DNA of 64,000 bases from the IMG/VR virus record IMGVR_UViG_3300042935_001795, positions 25,643 to 89,642 of that record; one strand, written 5' to 3'. This document shows, in pieces, positions 7,283 through 15,925 of the stretch. Numbering within the stretch: position 1 is the stretch's first letter; every line of letters begins with the position of its first letter. Both the position numbers and the translations under genes were made by a program. The notes beneath the pieces were generated by a model. It did not search any database. It was not told the DNA's origin and saw nothing but the letters and a program-made list of their open reading frames with translations. Source of the stretch: a virus.

Positions 7283-9577
7283 TTACCAAGCGTAATTTTT
7301 AGCTTCTACTTTCTTAACGTAATCAACGATTGTTTTAGAACTTTCTTTTAATCTACCTTCATAGAATTTTCCGCTATAACCGGTTGCAACTTCTTTTTCA
7401 GCATCAACAACGTATCCAACGTATCTGTTATATTCATCTAAGATATTTCTCATTAAATTAGAAGCATCGCTCATTTTGATTTCTCTACCTTTAGGGTCTA
7501 GTCCAACAATAAGTTCTCCATATCTTCCTTTTTCACCTTTAGATAGTGCATCTTTAATTTGAGTAGCAAGAGTATCAATAGCTCCTAATACAACTGAATC
7601 CATCGGCATTTCAGATGCTTTTTGCGCTAAGATTTGGTTATAACGGGCTTTGTTTTCTGCTTTAAAGTCTTTGTCACTTTGAAAAGCAGTAGCTCCTCTT
7701 TTATCATTAGCTCTTTGTAACTGAAGTGATGTTGTAGAATATCTTGCTTTAAGAACATCTAAGTCAATAACGTAAACGGTATCTGCTAGTTCAGCTACTT
7801 TAGTAAGGGAGGTAATTCCTGAACCATCGTATCTTTTAGAGTCTCTTTTATCAAAACCTGCTGCATCTTCTCTAGTTTTTGTAATTTTTAAAGTTTCTCC
7901 TTTTGTATAGCTATTGTATGCAGTTGAGTACCATTCATTACTTCCGTTAGTTATTGCTAATAAGGTATTTGATTGGATAATTCCATTATTATAAGTACTT
8001 GGAATACTACCTTCGATGTATGGATTTTCTTTTTGGTTATTTACTATATAGAAGTAAACACCATTAGCTCTTTTTTCTTTACGAGCAGTTTGAGGGTCCA
8101 TTTCAATAATGTCATAATCTTCAATTTTGTCAATTGCTAATTTTGAAAAGTTATAGAATGCTCCTGCAAGGTCTTTAGTACCTGCGCTTCCTACTGAAAA
8201 AAGGTTAGCCAGTTTAGCACTTTTAAATGCCTCATTTAATGTACTTTCATTTAGTTTGTTTGCAACGAAATCCGCGAAAGATTCGTAAATAAATTTTGTT
8301 GTCATATCATTTATATTTTTATTTTCGTCTAAGTCAATTACCCAAGCATATTCAACATACTTGATAGCATCTTCTGGATTCACATCCCATTTAAGTGCCG
8401 CATCTAATACGATTTTTCTTGTGATTTTTTGGTTTGGGTATTTTGCAATTTCTTTATCAAATCCTCCAGGAACCCAAATCTTTGGGGCCTTTGTAGTGGC
8501 TTCTGAAACCATTACATTTTTAAGGATTCTTGAACCTGTTTTTGATAGTGATATTCCATCTTCAGATACGTTAAAACACTGAGCGTTTCTTCTCAACCAT
8601 CTTTTAGAATCTGTGGTCATTTCTTTAAGAATATTATTAAAATCTTCCTGTGAAACTTTACCATCTTTAATAGCCTCTAACATTCTGTTACGAACTTTAG
8701 CAGCTTTACCTACAGTAACTGCCGGATTTTTATCAGTATATTGTCTTTTGATTGTAACGTTTCTTTCATTAACTACTGATTCGTTTAAACCAAACTCTCT
8801 GATATCGTTTTGTCCATTGTCAAATGATTTTTGAATAGAGTCTAGTGCTTCTTTTCTATCGCTTGATTTTTCAAAACCAATTTCACTATCAGTAAATGCT
8901 CTTGAATATTTTTTCCATGAGTCTTTTGATAAATCAGCAACTTTTCTTAAGTTGATTGCTGTAGATTCTATACGATATCTTCCAATTGTTCCGGCTGGGT
9001 AATTGTTAGTTGATAAACCTAAAAATAATTTAGCCTCATCTAAAGAAGATTCTTTAATAATTTTATCATCTTTATGGAAAATGTATTCCATTTTCTTACC
9101 AGTTTTCTTGAATTCACCAGTATAAGAAACTTCTCCATCTTTATTTTTAAAAACTTTATCAACTACAAATTCTCCATCAGATGAAGCGTATGGAATTACA
9201 ATACTTCCTTTTTTAACGGTAGCCTCATTTGTAACTGATTCATTCGCCATCATCTTTTTAAAACCTTTTGCAATAGTTTTAATATCGTCTTTAATTTTAC
9301 CTAAAACTGGATTTTCGCGAATGGCCATATTTACAACATTACCATTTTTGTAAATGTTGTATGAACCACCATCAAATTCTTCGTCATTATAGTCTAGGTC
9401 AAAACCATCTTCCTCTAATGTTCTTTTATTTACTGCCCATTTTCCATTTTCAGGGTCTACACTAGCCGCAGCATCTGCAAATTTTTGAGCAATTTTAAGT
9501 GTCTCATCTTTAGTAAGTCCAGCAGGTCCACCATAAGTTGAGGTACTACCTTCGTTTAGGAATTCATTAAAATTCAT
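7283..9577 (-). CDS. Putative internal head polyprotein
   Basis: Starts MNFNEFLNE. Recurrent linkers ESVTNEA, ESSLDEA, ESVVNER, MVSEA and ESTLNEA. Late promoter motif at 9602-9610. Confidence 0.65.
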   Translation of the reverse strand: MNFNEFLNEGSTSTYGGPAGLTKDETLKIAQKFADAAASVDPENGKWAVNKRTLEEDGFDLDYNDEEFDGGSYNIYKNGNVVNMAIRENPVLGKIKDDIKTIAKGFKKMMANESVTNEATVKKGSIVIPYASSDGEFVVDKVFKNKDGEVSYTGEFKKTGKKMEYIFHKDDKIIKESSLDEAKLFLGLSTNNYPAGTIGRYRIESTAINLRKVADLSKDSWKKYSRAFTDSEIGFEKSSDRKEALDSIQKSFDNGQNDIREFGLNESVVNERNVTIKRQYTDKNPAVTVGKAAKVRNRMLEAIKDGKVSQEDFNNILKEMTTDSKRWLRRNAQCFNVSEDGISLSKTGSRILKNVMVSEATTKAPKIWVPGGFDKEIAKYPNQKITRKIVLDAALKWDVNPEDAIKYVEYAWVIDLDENKNINDMTTKFIYESFADFVANKLNESTLNEAFKSAKLANLFSVGSAGTKDLAGAFYNFSKLAIDKIEDYDIIEMDPQTARKEKRANGVYFYIVNNQKENPYIEGSIPSTYNNGIIQSNTLLAITNGSNEWYSTAYNSYTKGETLKITKTREDAAGFDKRDSKRYDGSGITSLTKVAELADTVYVIDLDVLKARYSTTSLQLQRANDKRGATAFQSDKDFKAENKARYNQILAQKASEMPMDSVVLGAIDTLATQIKDALSKGEKGRYGELIVGLDPKGREIKMSDASNLMRNILDEYNRYVGYVVDAEKEVATGYSGKFYEGRLKESSKTIVDYVKKVEAKNYAW

Positions 9578-9601
9578 AGGATTTCTATATTTATTTATGT
9601 T

Positions 9602-11473
9602 TTATATATCTTTGTTAATAAATTGTTCGAATGTCATAATTTCATTGGAAGCCGATTCAGCTACTACTCCCATTGCATCTTCAATTTTAGATTTTAGTTC
9701 ATTGTACATTCTATGAATTGCGTTTGGAGTTAAATTGTTAAATAGTTTTTCGTCTCCATCTAATAGCGCATTTCTAACTGCAGTAGCCGAAATATCATCG
9801 TCAGTTCTTGGAATTTCAAAAAGTCCAAAATCAGCTCTACAGTTTAATTGGTCTCTATATGCATCATTATTAACTTGATAACCATAACTTGTCATTCTAT
9901 CACTTCCCGTTCCCCAAAGTACTGGCTCATATTTAGGTCTCATTTCATTAAACATAATATCGATACCTCCGGTTGGAACTACAAATATTTCTTTAAGGAA
10001 TGGATATTGTTTTTTAACATTGTTGAACATATCAATTTGAGTCTTTTCATCGTATGGTCTGCTAAATTCATCACCTTTCTTTTTGGTTTTTGATTTAACA
10101 AGGAATACAACTACAGGGAATCCATTCTCTTTATGTATAGTTTCTAAAACTTTTGCATGTCCCAGTGTAAATGGCTGAAATCGTCCAACAAACATGTTTA
10201 CTGGTTGTTTTCCTTGTTCAACATGAGTAAGTTTAAGTGCCTCGTTTAAGTCAACTGAGGATTTAATTCTATTACGTAACATGTAATTTTGGAAATCATA
10301 GATTGCATTTTCATCAGTATTTTCAACAAATATCTTTTCATTAATTTTTTCGATGATTTCGTTTAAACGTTCCATAGTATCTGTGTCTATTAAATCTGAA
10401 GTTTTGGTTCGCTTCTTTCTAAAAGAACCTAAAATCATTTTAAAAAGTTCTGCTAAAATATCATTTGAAACATATTTTAGGGTTTTTTCATCAGTAATAT
10501 ATTTGGCGTTTAATTTAAAAGATTCTGCTGATGAAAATTCAGCACTTTCAAAATTAACTCCAATATATTTTGAAGAGTTTTTGTCGACATATTCATTAAA
10601 TATAATCGACATTATTTCAAGATATCGATAATCTGCTCTTTCGTCTTCGAGTTGAACTTCATCGATTTTAAATTGAGTTATAAATTCTAAAAAGTCAGTG
10701 ACTGCAATTTGATACATGTGACTTGAAGAGTTATCGATTGTATTTTTTCGAATAAAGTCCTCTAATTTAAAAGATTTAATAGATTTTTCATCAATAAAAT
10801 TAACAACCAATCCATCAAATTCGTCTTCAATTCCAGAATTTAGGGCAGTTTCAAATGCACTATTGTTAAAAAGTTTAACTATTTTACTAGTAAAACTTGT
10901 TTTGTCTTTTGTCTCCTCTAAATAATCAAATGTTTCGCTAAATTCTCTATCGCTCATTCCAAGTAATTCTAGTAACTCATCCCGTTGTAATTGAGATAAA
11001 TAGCCATCAAAAATTACACTTGGCCGTTGAACATCAAGAATTTTTGCCCATTTATTTAAGATAACCGGGTCATTTATAGTTTTCTTAACCTTATCGCCTT
11101 CTCCTATTTGTTGAATGTGAGTTAGGATTAAGTTATTTTTTGGAGTTTTTTGGTATTTAATTTTAGATACATTAACTTCTGGTAGGTATTCAAAACCAAA
11201 TCTCCAATCAAGTGGCATTTGGTTTTTAGTAGAGCTTGGTAAACTTTGCATATAGTTGATTGCAATCTCATATAGAGAAATAATAGTTCGGTCAACTAAA
11301 TTTAATTTGTCTGAATTTGAAGATTTAAAATATTCAAATCCATCAAGATTTCTTTTAACAAGAAATGTAGGTGCAGAAACTTTCTCAGTTACTAACACCC
11401 TATTTTTTAACATTTCAATAAAGGTTTCTCTATTGGTTTCGTTAAAATACTCTCTTAATTTTTGTAATGCCAT
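9602..11473 (-). CDS. Fusion of a degenerate ligase-fold domain and a HIGH-family nucleotidyltransferase (cytidylyltransferase/NMNAT-like)
   Basis: C-terminal GRFQPFTLGH, GSDR and ISATAVR. N-terminal TEKVSA, FEY, FDGLVV and FKL parallel the ligase motifs. Ends with tag-like IMTFEQFIN. Confidence 0.75.
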   Translation of the reverse strand: MALQKLREYFNETNRETFIEMLKNRVLVTEKVSAPTFLVKRNLDGFEYFKSSNSDKLNLVDRTIISLYEIAINYMQSLPSSTKNQMPLDWRFGFEYLPEVNVSKIKYQKTPKNNLILTHIQQIGEGDKVKKTINDPVILNKWAKILDVQRPSVIFDGYLSQLQRDELLELLGMSDREFSETFDYLEETKDKTSFTSKIVKLFNNSAFETALNSGIEDEFDGLVVNFIDEKSIKSFKLEDFIRKNTIDNSSSHMYQIAVTDFLEFITQFKIDEVQLEDERADYRYLEIMSIIFNEYVDKNSSKYIGVNFESAEFSSAESFKLNAKYITDEKTLKYVSNDILAELFKMILGSFRKKRTKTSDLIDTDTMERLNEIIEKINEKIFVENTDENAIYDFQNYMLRNRIKSSVDLNEALKLTHVEQGKQPVNMFVGRFQPFTLGHAKVLETIHKENGFPVVVFLVKSKTKKKGDEFSRPYDEKTQIDMFNNVKKQYPFLKEIFVVPTGGIDIMFNEMRPKYEPVLWGTGSDRMTSYGYQVNNDAYRDQLNCRADFGLFEIPRTDDDISATAVRNALLDGDEKLFNNLTPNAIHRMYNELKSKIEDAMGVVAESASNEIMTFEQFINKDI

Positions 11474-12762
11474 TATCTTCCGTATTTTATAATTCCCATT
11501 AATTGATTAATTGCAGCGAATGTTCCTGTTAATTTGTACATGTGTCCTTTGTATGAAAATACGATACCTTCAGTCGGTATAATAGATTGGATTCCTCCAA
11601 TTCTCTCTAATCTGTCAAGTTCTTTTGCAACCTTTTCGATTTGAGTAAGGTCTCCATTTAGTTTAATTTTGTCGGCTTCGGTTCGGATTTCGTTATGTAG
11701 TCTTTGCATTTCTTTTTCAGGAGAAGCAGCAACAAAATTACTTGCATTCTTTAAGATAACACTTCCCAATTCTAAGAAAAGGTCTTCAAATGGTCGAATG
11801 TTTTCTTTAAATTTTACTTTAAAGTCCTCTTTGTCGAACTTTTTAACGGCTTCGGCTTGTTCCTTTGTTAACTCCTTGTCTAAAGAACGCATGTTTAATG
11901 TTTTCTTGTCGTCATATGCCCATCTTAACAATAAACCTTCTTTGATATTCTGGGGTAGGTCACCAAATATTGTTTCAATTTGCTCTCTCCACCACATTTC
12001 ATGGTAGCGAGCAACTGAGTCAGCATCGGTTAATTTATAACGATTTTTAAGAGTATCTAGTTTTCCTAAGAATTTAGACTGATTCTCTTCAAAATTTATA
12101 TCTTTTTGTAGTTTAATAACTTGTGGAGGGATTATTGTAAATGTTTTTCCAATGTCAGCATTTAAAGATTTAAGAACTCCGGTAACACTTTTTGCCGCAC
12201 TATTGTCGTCTCCAACTATATTTCCTGCGCCATCAGTCTTCTTGATACCATGAAATTGAATTACGTCAACGTCATAGTGAATAACGTTAGGGTTAGCAGA
12301 ATATATCAACTCCATGTTCATGAAGTTCAGACCATTCTGGAACACTTCCTCTTGTGTTTTAGCCGGTAACTTTATAAGCAGAGTTGCTAAATCAGTGGCT
12401 GCAAATTGGAAAGTATCTTGTACTAATTTACTTGCATGTCCTTCAAATTTATTTTGAAAATCCTTAAGGCTCATTGGAGTTTGCAACTCAGTTTTATTTC
12501 TGGCAAATTTAACTTCACCATTTTGAATAGTTGCAAAAACGTTTTGACCGTCAGTTTTTTCAGTAGGCTCTTCTTCGAAGTTTAATTCTCCTTGAAGTCC
12601 ACCAATAATCATATTCTTGAAGTCTCCGAATGTTAGGTCATTGTTATCGAATGGATGAGACATGTGTCCGGCAGCTCCACCTTCTAATAGTAACCGTTCA
12701 TTCAATTTAACTTCGTACCTTTCGGTTATGAACCGGTTAAAATTAAGGATTCTTTTTTTCAT
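11473..12762 (-). CDS. ATP-dependent ligase/capping-fold nucleotidyltransferase-like phage protein (DUF6267-like)
   Basis: EGGAAGHMSHPFD, EKTDGQN (motif I), FARNK, NMELI, TEGIVF and YKLTG. N-terminal tag-like ILNFNRFITE. Confidence 0.7.
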   Translation of the reverse strand: MKKRILNFNRFITERYEVKLNERLLLEGGAAGHMSHPFDNNDLTFGDFKNMIIGGLQGELNFEEEPTEKTDGQNVFATIQNGEVKFARNKTELQTPMSLKDFQNKFEGHASKLVQDTFQFAATDLATLLIKLPAKTQEEVFQNGLNFMNMELIYSANPNVIHYDVDVIQFHGIKKTDGAGNIVGDDNSAAKSVTGVLKSLNADIGKTFTIIPPQVIKLQKDINFEENQSKFLGKLDTLKNRYKLTDADSVARYHEMWWREQIETIFGDLPQNIKEGLLLRWAYDDKKTLNMRSLDKELTKEQAEAVKKFDKEDFKVKFKENIRPFEDLFLELGSVILKNASNFVAASPEKEMQRLHNEIRTEADKIKLNGDLTQIEKVAKELDRLERIGGIQSIIPTEGIVFSYKGHMYKLTGTFAAINQLMGIIKYGR

Positions 12763-12763
12763 A

Positions 12764-13240
12764 TTATAAGCTTTCTAATTTTTTACTTAAATCAAGTATG
12801 TTTGCATTAATTCTTATTTTTTGATTATCAAGGTCAAGAGCTGACATTTTAAGAGTTGCTATTTGGGCTTGAATTGCAGATTTTGGGTCATCTACTTTTT
12901 GGTTTAAGTCATTAACTTTATTTCTAAGTTCTTTTCTTTTTAAGAGTAGATCGGATGCTTTTAATGAAAGATCAGCTCTTGCATCAGAGTAATTAGATTC
13001 TGCAACACCATTATTTCCTTCCATTCCATCATATACAGAGTTTAAGTTTTCTAAAGAAACTGTTAATTGAGAAAACATCCAAGACTCTAGTTGTTCTCCT
13101 TCTGTCATTCTCTGTTTAATCATGCCTGCATATTCTGCAATTTTTTGAAGTTGACCCATAGTCATATCATTTAATTCGGCTAGGGTATCTCGACCCTCTG
13201 CTTCATTTAAGAACTCTTCAAATAGGTTAATATGTTTCAT
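12764..13240 (-). CDS. Putative internal head protein with capsid-targeting tag and coiled coil
   Basis: Start reassigned to MKHINLFEEFLNE at 13240. It shares an M..QL..I...W helical module with 2789-3925. Confidence 0.65.
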   Translation of the reverse strand: MKHINLFEEFLNEAEGRDTLAELNDMTMGQLQKIAEYAGMIKQRMTEGEQLESWMFSQLTVSLENLNSVYDGMEGNNGVAESNYSDARADLSLKASDLLLKRKELRNKVNDLNQKVDDPKSAIQAQIATLKMSALDLDNQKIRINANILDLSKKLESL

Positions 13241-13242
13241 AG

Positions 13243-13288
13243 TGTAAATATAATAAAAATACCTGACATGGTAAAACATCAGGTATTA
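13243..13288 (-). promoter_or_regulatory. Terminator hairpin plus class I promoter module
   Basis: AATACCTGA/TCAGGTATT hairpin, T-run, then TTATATTTACA ending 2 nt before the ATG. Confidence 0.6.
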
Positions 13289-13304
13289 TTTATTTAGATT
13301 ATTT

Positions 13305-15893
13305 TTAAGATTCCTGAGCGATCATTGCATCAATAATATCGAATGAGATATATCCTTTTGCTTTAACAAATTCTTTTGCAAGTTTAAGGACTTTCTTTTC
13401 TCCAGCCGGTGTTACCTCATTATCTGGACCATCTTCATTGTTATCATTCCAATCTTCAACGGCAGCTTGTACGTCTTGTTGGATTTGCATACCAGTTGGG
13501 TTTTTCGTTTTTTGAGCTCCTTCTTGGTAATCTTCCCAGTAGTTCGCATCAAATCCTTCAGTAACTACTGATTCTCCTAATGAGCTTGTTAACGTTCCAA
13601 CACATGCTCCGTAATCATCACCACATTTTTTAAGAATTCCATCAACTACTTCAGTAGCTTTAGCCTCATCAAAGTCATCTCCAAATGCTTTTTTCAAAAC
13701 AGCCATTGCGTATTCTTTAAATTCATCATCAGAACTAACTTCAGCTTCATTAACTATTGATTCAAAAGTAGCTGTAATTCCTTTAATTTTATATTCCTTT
13801 GATAATGCTCCTAATTTATTATAAAGTTCATCTAGTTCATATTCAACTAAATGCTTATAGCCTTTTTTAATGTTAATGTCTGCATTTCCAGATCTTGCCA
13901 TATAATCATCTTTACCTTCAGCAACTACAGATTCTTTAGCAGATCCAGCGGCTTTAGCTCTTTTTGCTTGTAGTTTTTTAAGTTTTTCTGTTTCTTCTTG
14001 GCGAGCTTTAAAGGCTTTTAATTTTTTTAATTGTTCAGCTCTACTTGTTTTTTCTGCGCTTGGATCTTGACCTTCAGTTAAAGATTCTTGAACATTGTTT
14101 TCCCACCATGCTTTAAGTGCTTCAAAATCTTTACGACCCATGTTAGAAAGAGTATACTCTACTATGTCATTATCGTAATCATCTGCTTCATCTTTGAAAC
14201 CTCCTGGAGTATCGATGTAATCTTTACCCATGATTCTTTTAATTCTAACCTCTGGCATACCATCAATTTCCTCTAAGAACTCTTCAAAGTCTTCAGTTGA
14301 TTTGAATTTTTCAGCTTCATTAACTACTGATTCAATTAATTCCATATTGTATGCATTTGAAATATCTGTTTTAATTTCTCCAGTTTCTTTTGAATGCAAT
14401 TTCATAGTTTTACCATCAGGATTTAATTTAATGAATGTAACTTCACCATAGTCTGATGTGTATTTGTGGTTTGGCTTCAAGTCTTTTGCTTTACCTTCGT
14501 AAACAGTTCCAGCAACTTCTTCAGGTTTGTTAAATTTCTTAACAGATTTTTTAACAGTATTTAATTGTCTAACAACAGAATCAATAACTCCAGTATCAAT
14601 ATCGTTTCCAGCAGCAGCGCTGCTATATAAGTTAGTTAAATTTTGAGATGCTAAATATAATTCATTTCCAATAACATCTTTTGGTAATCGGTTGAATGCT
14701 TCAGAAACTACTAATTCTAAATCTTTATCTTTATCGGCGATTGTTGCATCAAGTTCAGCTTCTAGGGCTTTCTTCTGAGCAGTCATCTCTTTTAATTTTC
14801 CAAGTAACATTTCTTTAGCAGGACCTTCAGCGGCTTTCCAATTTTGTGCGGTAGCCTGCATTGTAGTTGTCAGTTTAGACCAGTCATATTGAATTTTAGC
14901 AATTGTACGAGCCTCATTAACCAAAGATTCATTTTTCTTTTGGCTTGCTTTTAAATCTGCAAGTTCTCCTTTTAATTTAGGGTCTAATTGTCTTTCAATT
15001 CCCCAGTTAAAACTTGCATTTATCAACATATTCAATGGTAAGTTTTCATTTTTCTTACCAAACGCAGATGTACTAATCCAGTTTAAATAATGGTCAGCTA
15101 ATTCTTTTGATAATTTGATACCTTCTGCTTCTGAAGAATCTCCATCAACAATTCCTTTAAGTAATTTTTTAGCCATTCCATGCTTACCTTCATTTAAAGA
15201 TTCTTGTATGAAACTAATATCTTTAAGATAAAACTCATGGTCTGAACCATCCTGAGTATATCCTATAAAAGAATCACCTTTGTCACCTTTTAATTCTGCA
15301 GGGTTAACTGAGTACCAATCGTTTCCAACAAAAACTTCTACAGGTTTTCCACCAATTTGAGTATAAAGGTCATTTGCAGTTTTACCAGTAAATTTACTTC
15401 TTTTAGCCTCTTCAATTTCGTAAGTTTCACCATCAACTTCAAATTCATCTTCGTCATCTTCTTTTGCTTTTTTAACAGCAGCTCCAAACGCATTACCTTC
15501 TTTAAGACCTGTGTCTTTTTTAATGGTTACTTTATATTTTTTACCATTAAATTCAAACTCAGATTTTCCATCTTGTTTAGCTTTACCGGCTGCAAATATA
15601 AATGCATTTCCCTCTTCTAGTTTTTTAGGTTCTCCTAATTTATTAAGTTCGTCTTCAATATCTTCTGCTTCATCTTCTGAAACGTTTCCAAACATTTTGT
15701 TAATTAAGGCTTGTTTTTTCTCTTCATCTAATTCAGATAGAGATGTTAAACCCATTTCATCAAGGATTGCTCCAATTTTACCAACAGTTTCCTGTCTTTT
15801 TGCATTGTTTGTTTCTCTTAGTTTCATCGTAGCTTCCTGATTCTTAACTTCAGTAAAACTCTTAAATGTAGAGATTTTGTTAACTTGTGCCAT
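13305..15893 (-). CDS. Putative internal head polyprotein (862 aa)
   Basis: Tag-like KISTFKSFTE, tandem EGNAF..A..KAK..G..EFE..G..Y modules, and about nine ES(L/V/I)(V)xE(A/G) linkers. Late promoter motif at 15926-15934. Confidence 0.65.
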   Translation of the reverse strand: MAQVNKISTFKSFTEVKNQEATMKLRETNNAKRQETVGKIGAILDEMGLTSLSELDEEKKQALINKMFGNVSEDEAEDIEDELNKLGEPKKLEEGNAFIFAAGKAKQDGKSEFEFNGKKYKVTIKKDTGLKEGNAFGAAVKKAKEDDEDEFEVDGETYEIEEAKRSKFTGKTANDLYTQIGGKPVEVFVGNDWYSVNPAELKGDKGDSFIGYTQDGSDHEFYLKDISFIQESLNEGKHGMAKKLLKGIVDGDSSEAEGIKLSKELADHYLNWISTSAFGKKNENLPLNMLINASFNWGIERQLDPKLKGELADLKASQKKNESLVNEARTIAKIQYDWSKLTTTMQATAQNWKAAEGPAKEMLLGKLKEMTAQKKALEAELDATIADKDKDLELVVSEAFNRLPKDVIGNELYLASQNLTNLYSSAAAGNDIDTGVIDSVVRQLNTVKKSVKKFNKPEEVAGTVYEGKAKDLKPNHKYTSDYGEVTFIKLNPDGKTMKLHSKETGEIKTDISNAYNMELIESVVNEAEKFKSTEDFEEFLEEIDGMPEVRIKRIMGKDYIDTPGGFKDEADDYDNDIVEYTLSNMGRKDFEALKAWWENNVQESLTEGQDPSAEKTSRAEQLKKLKAFKARQEETEKLKKLQAKRAKAAGSAKESVVAEGKDDYMARSGNADINIKKGYKHLVEYELDELYNKLGALSKEYKIKGITATFESIVNEAEVSSDDEFKEYAMAVLKKAFGDDFDEAKATEVVDGILKKCGDDYGACVGTLTSSLGESVVTEGFDANYWEDYQEGAQKTKNPTGMQIQQDVQAAVEDWNDNNEDGPDNEVTPAGEKKVLKLAKEFVKAKGYISFDIIDAMIAQES

Positions 15894-15925
15894 TTTTAAT
15901 ATGTTTTTTTATTACGTTATTATGT

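Noticed and set aside
13241-13279. Longer N-terminus (MFYHVRYFYYIYT) given by the ORF track, with similar extensions at 24987, 47434 and 62828
   Set aside because: The extensions run through terminator or promoter motifs or overlap upstream genes. The downstream ATGs fit the tag and promoter patterns better.
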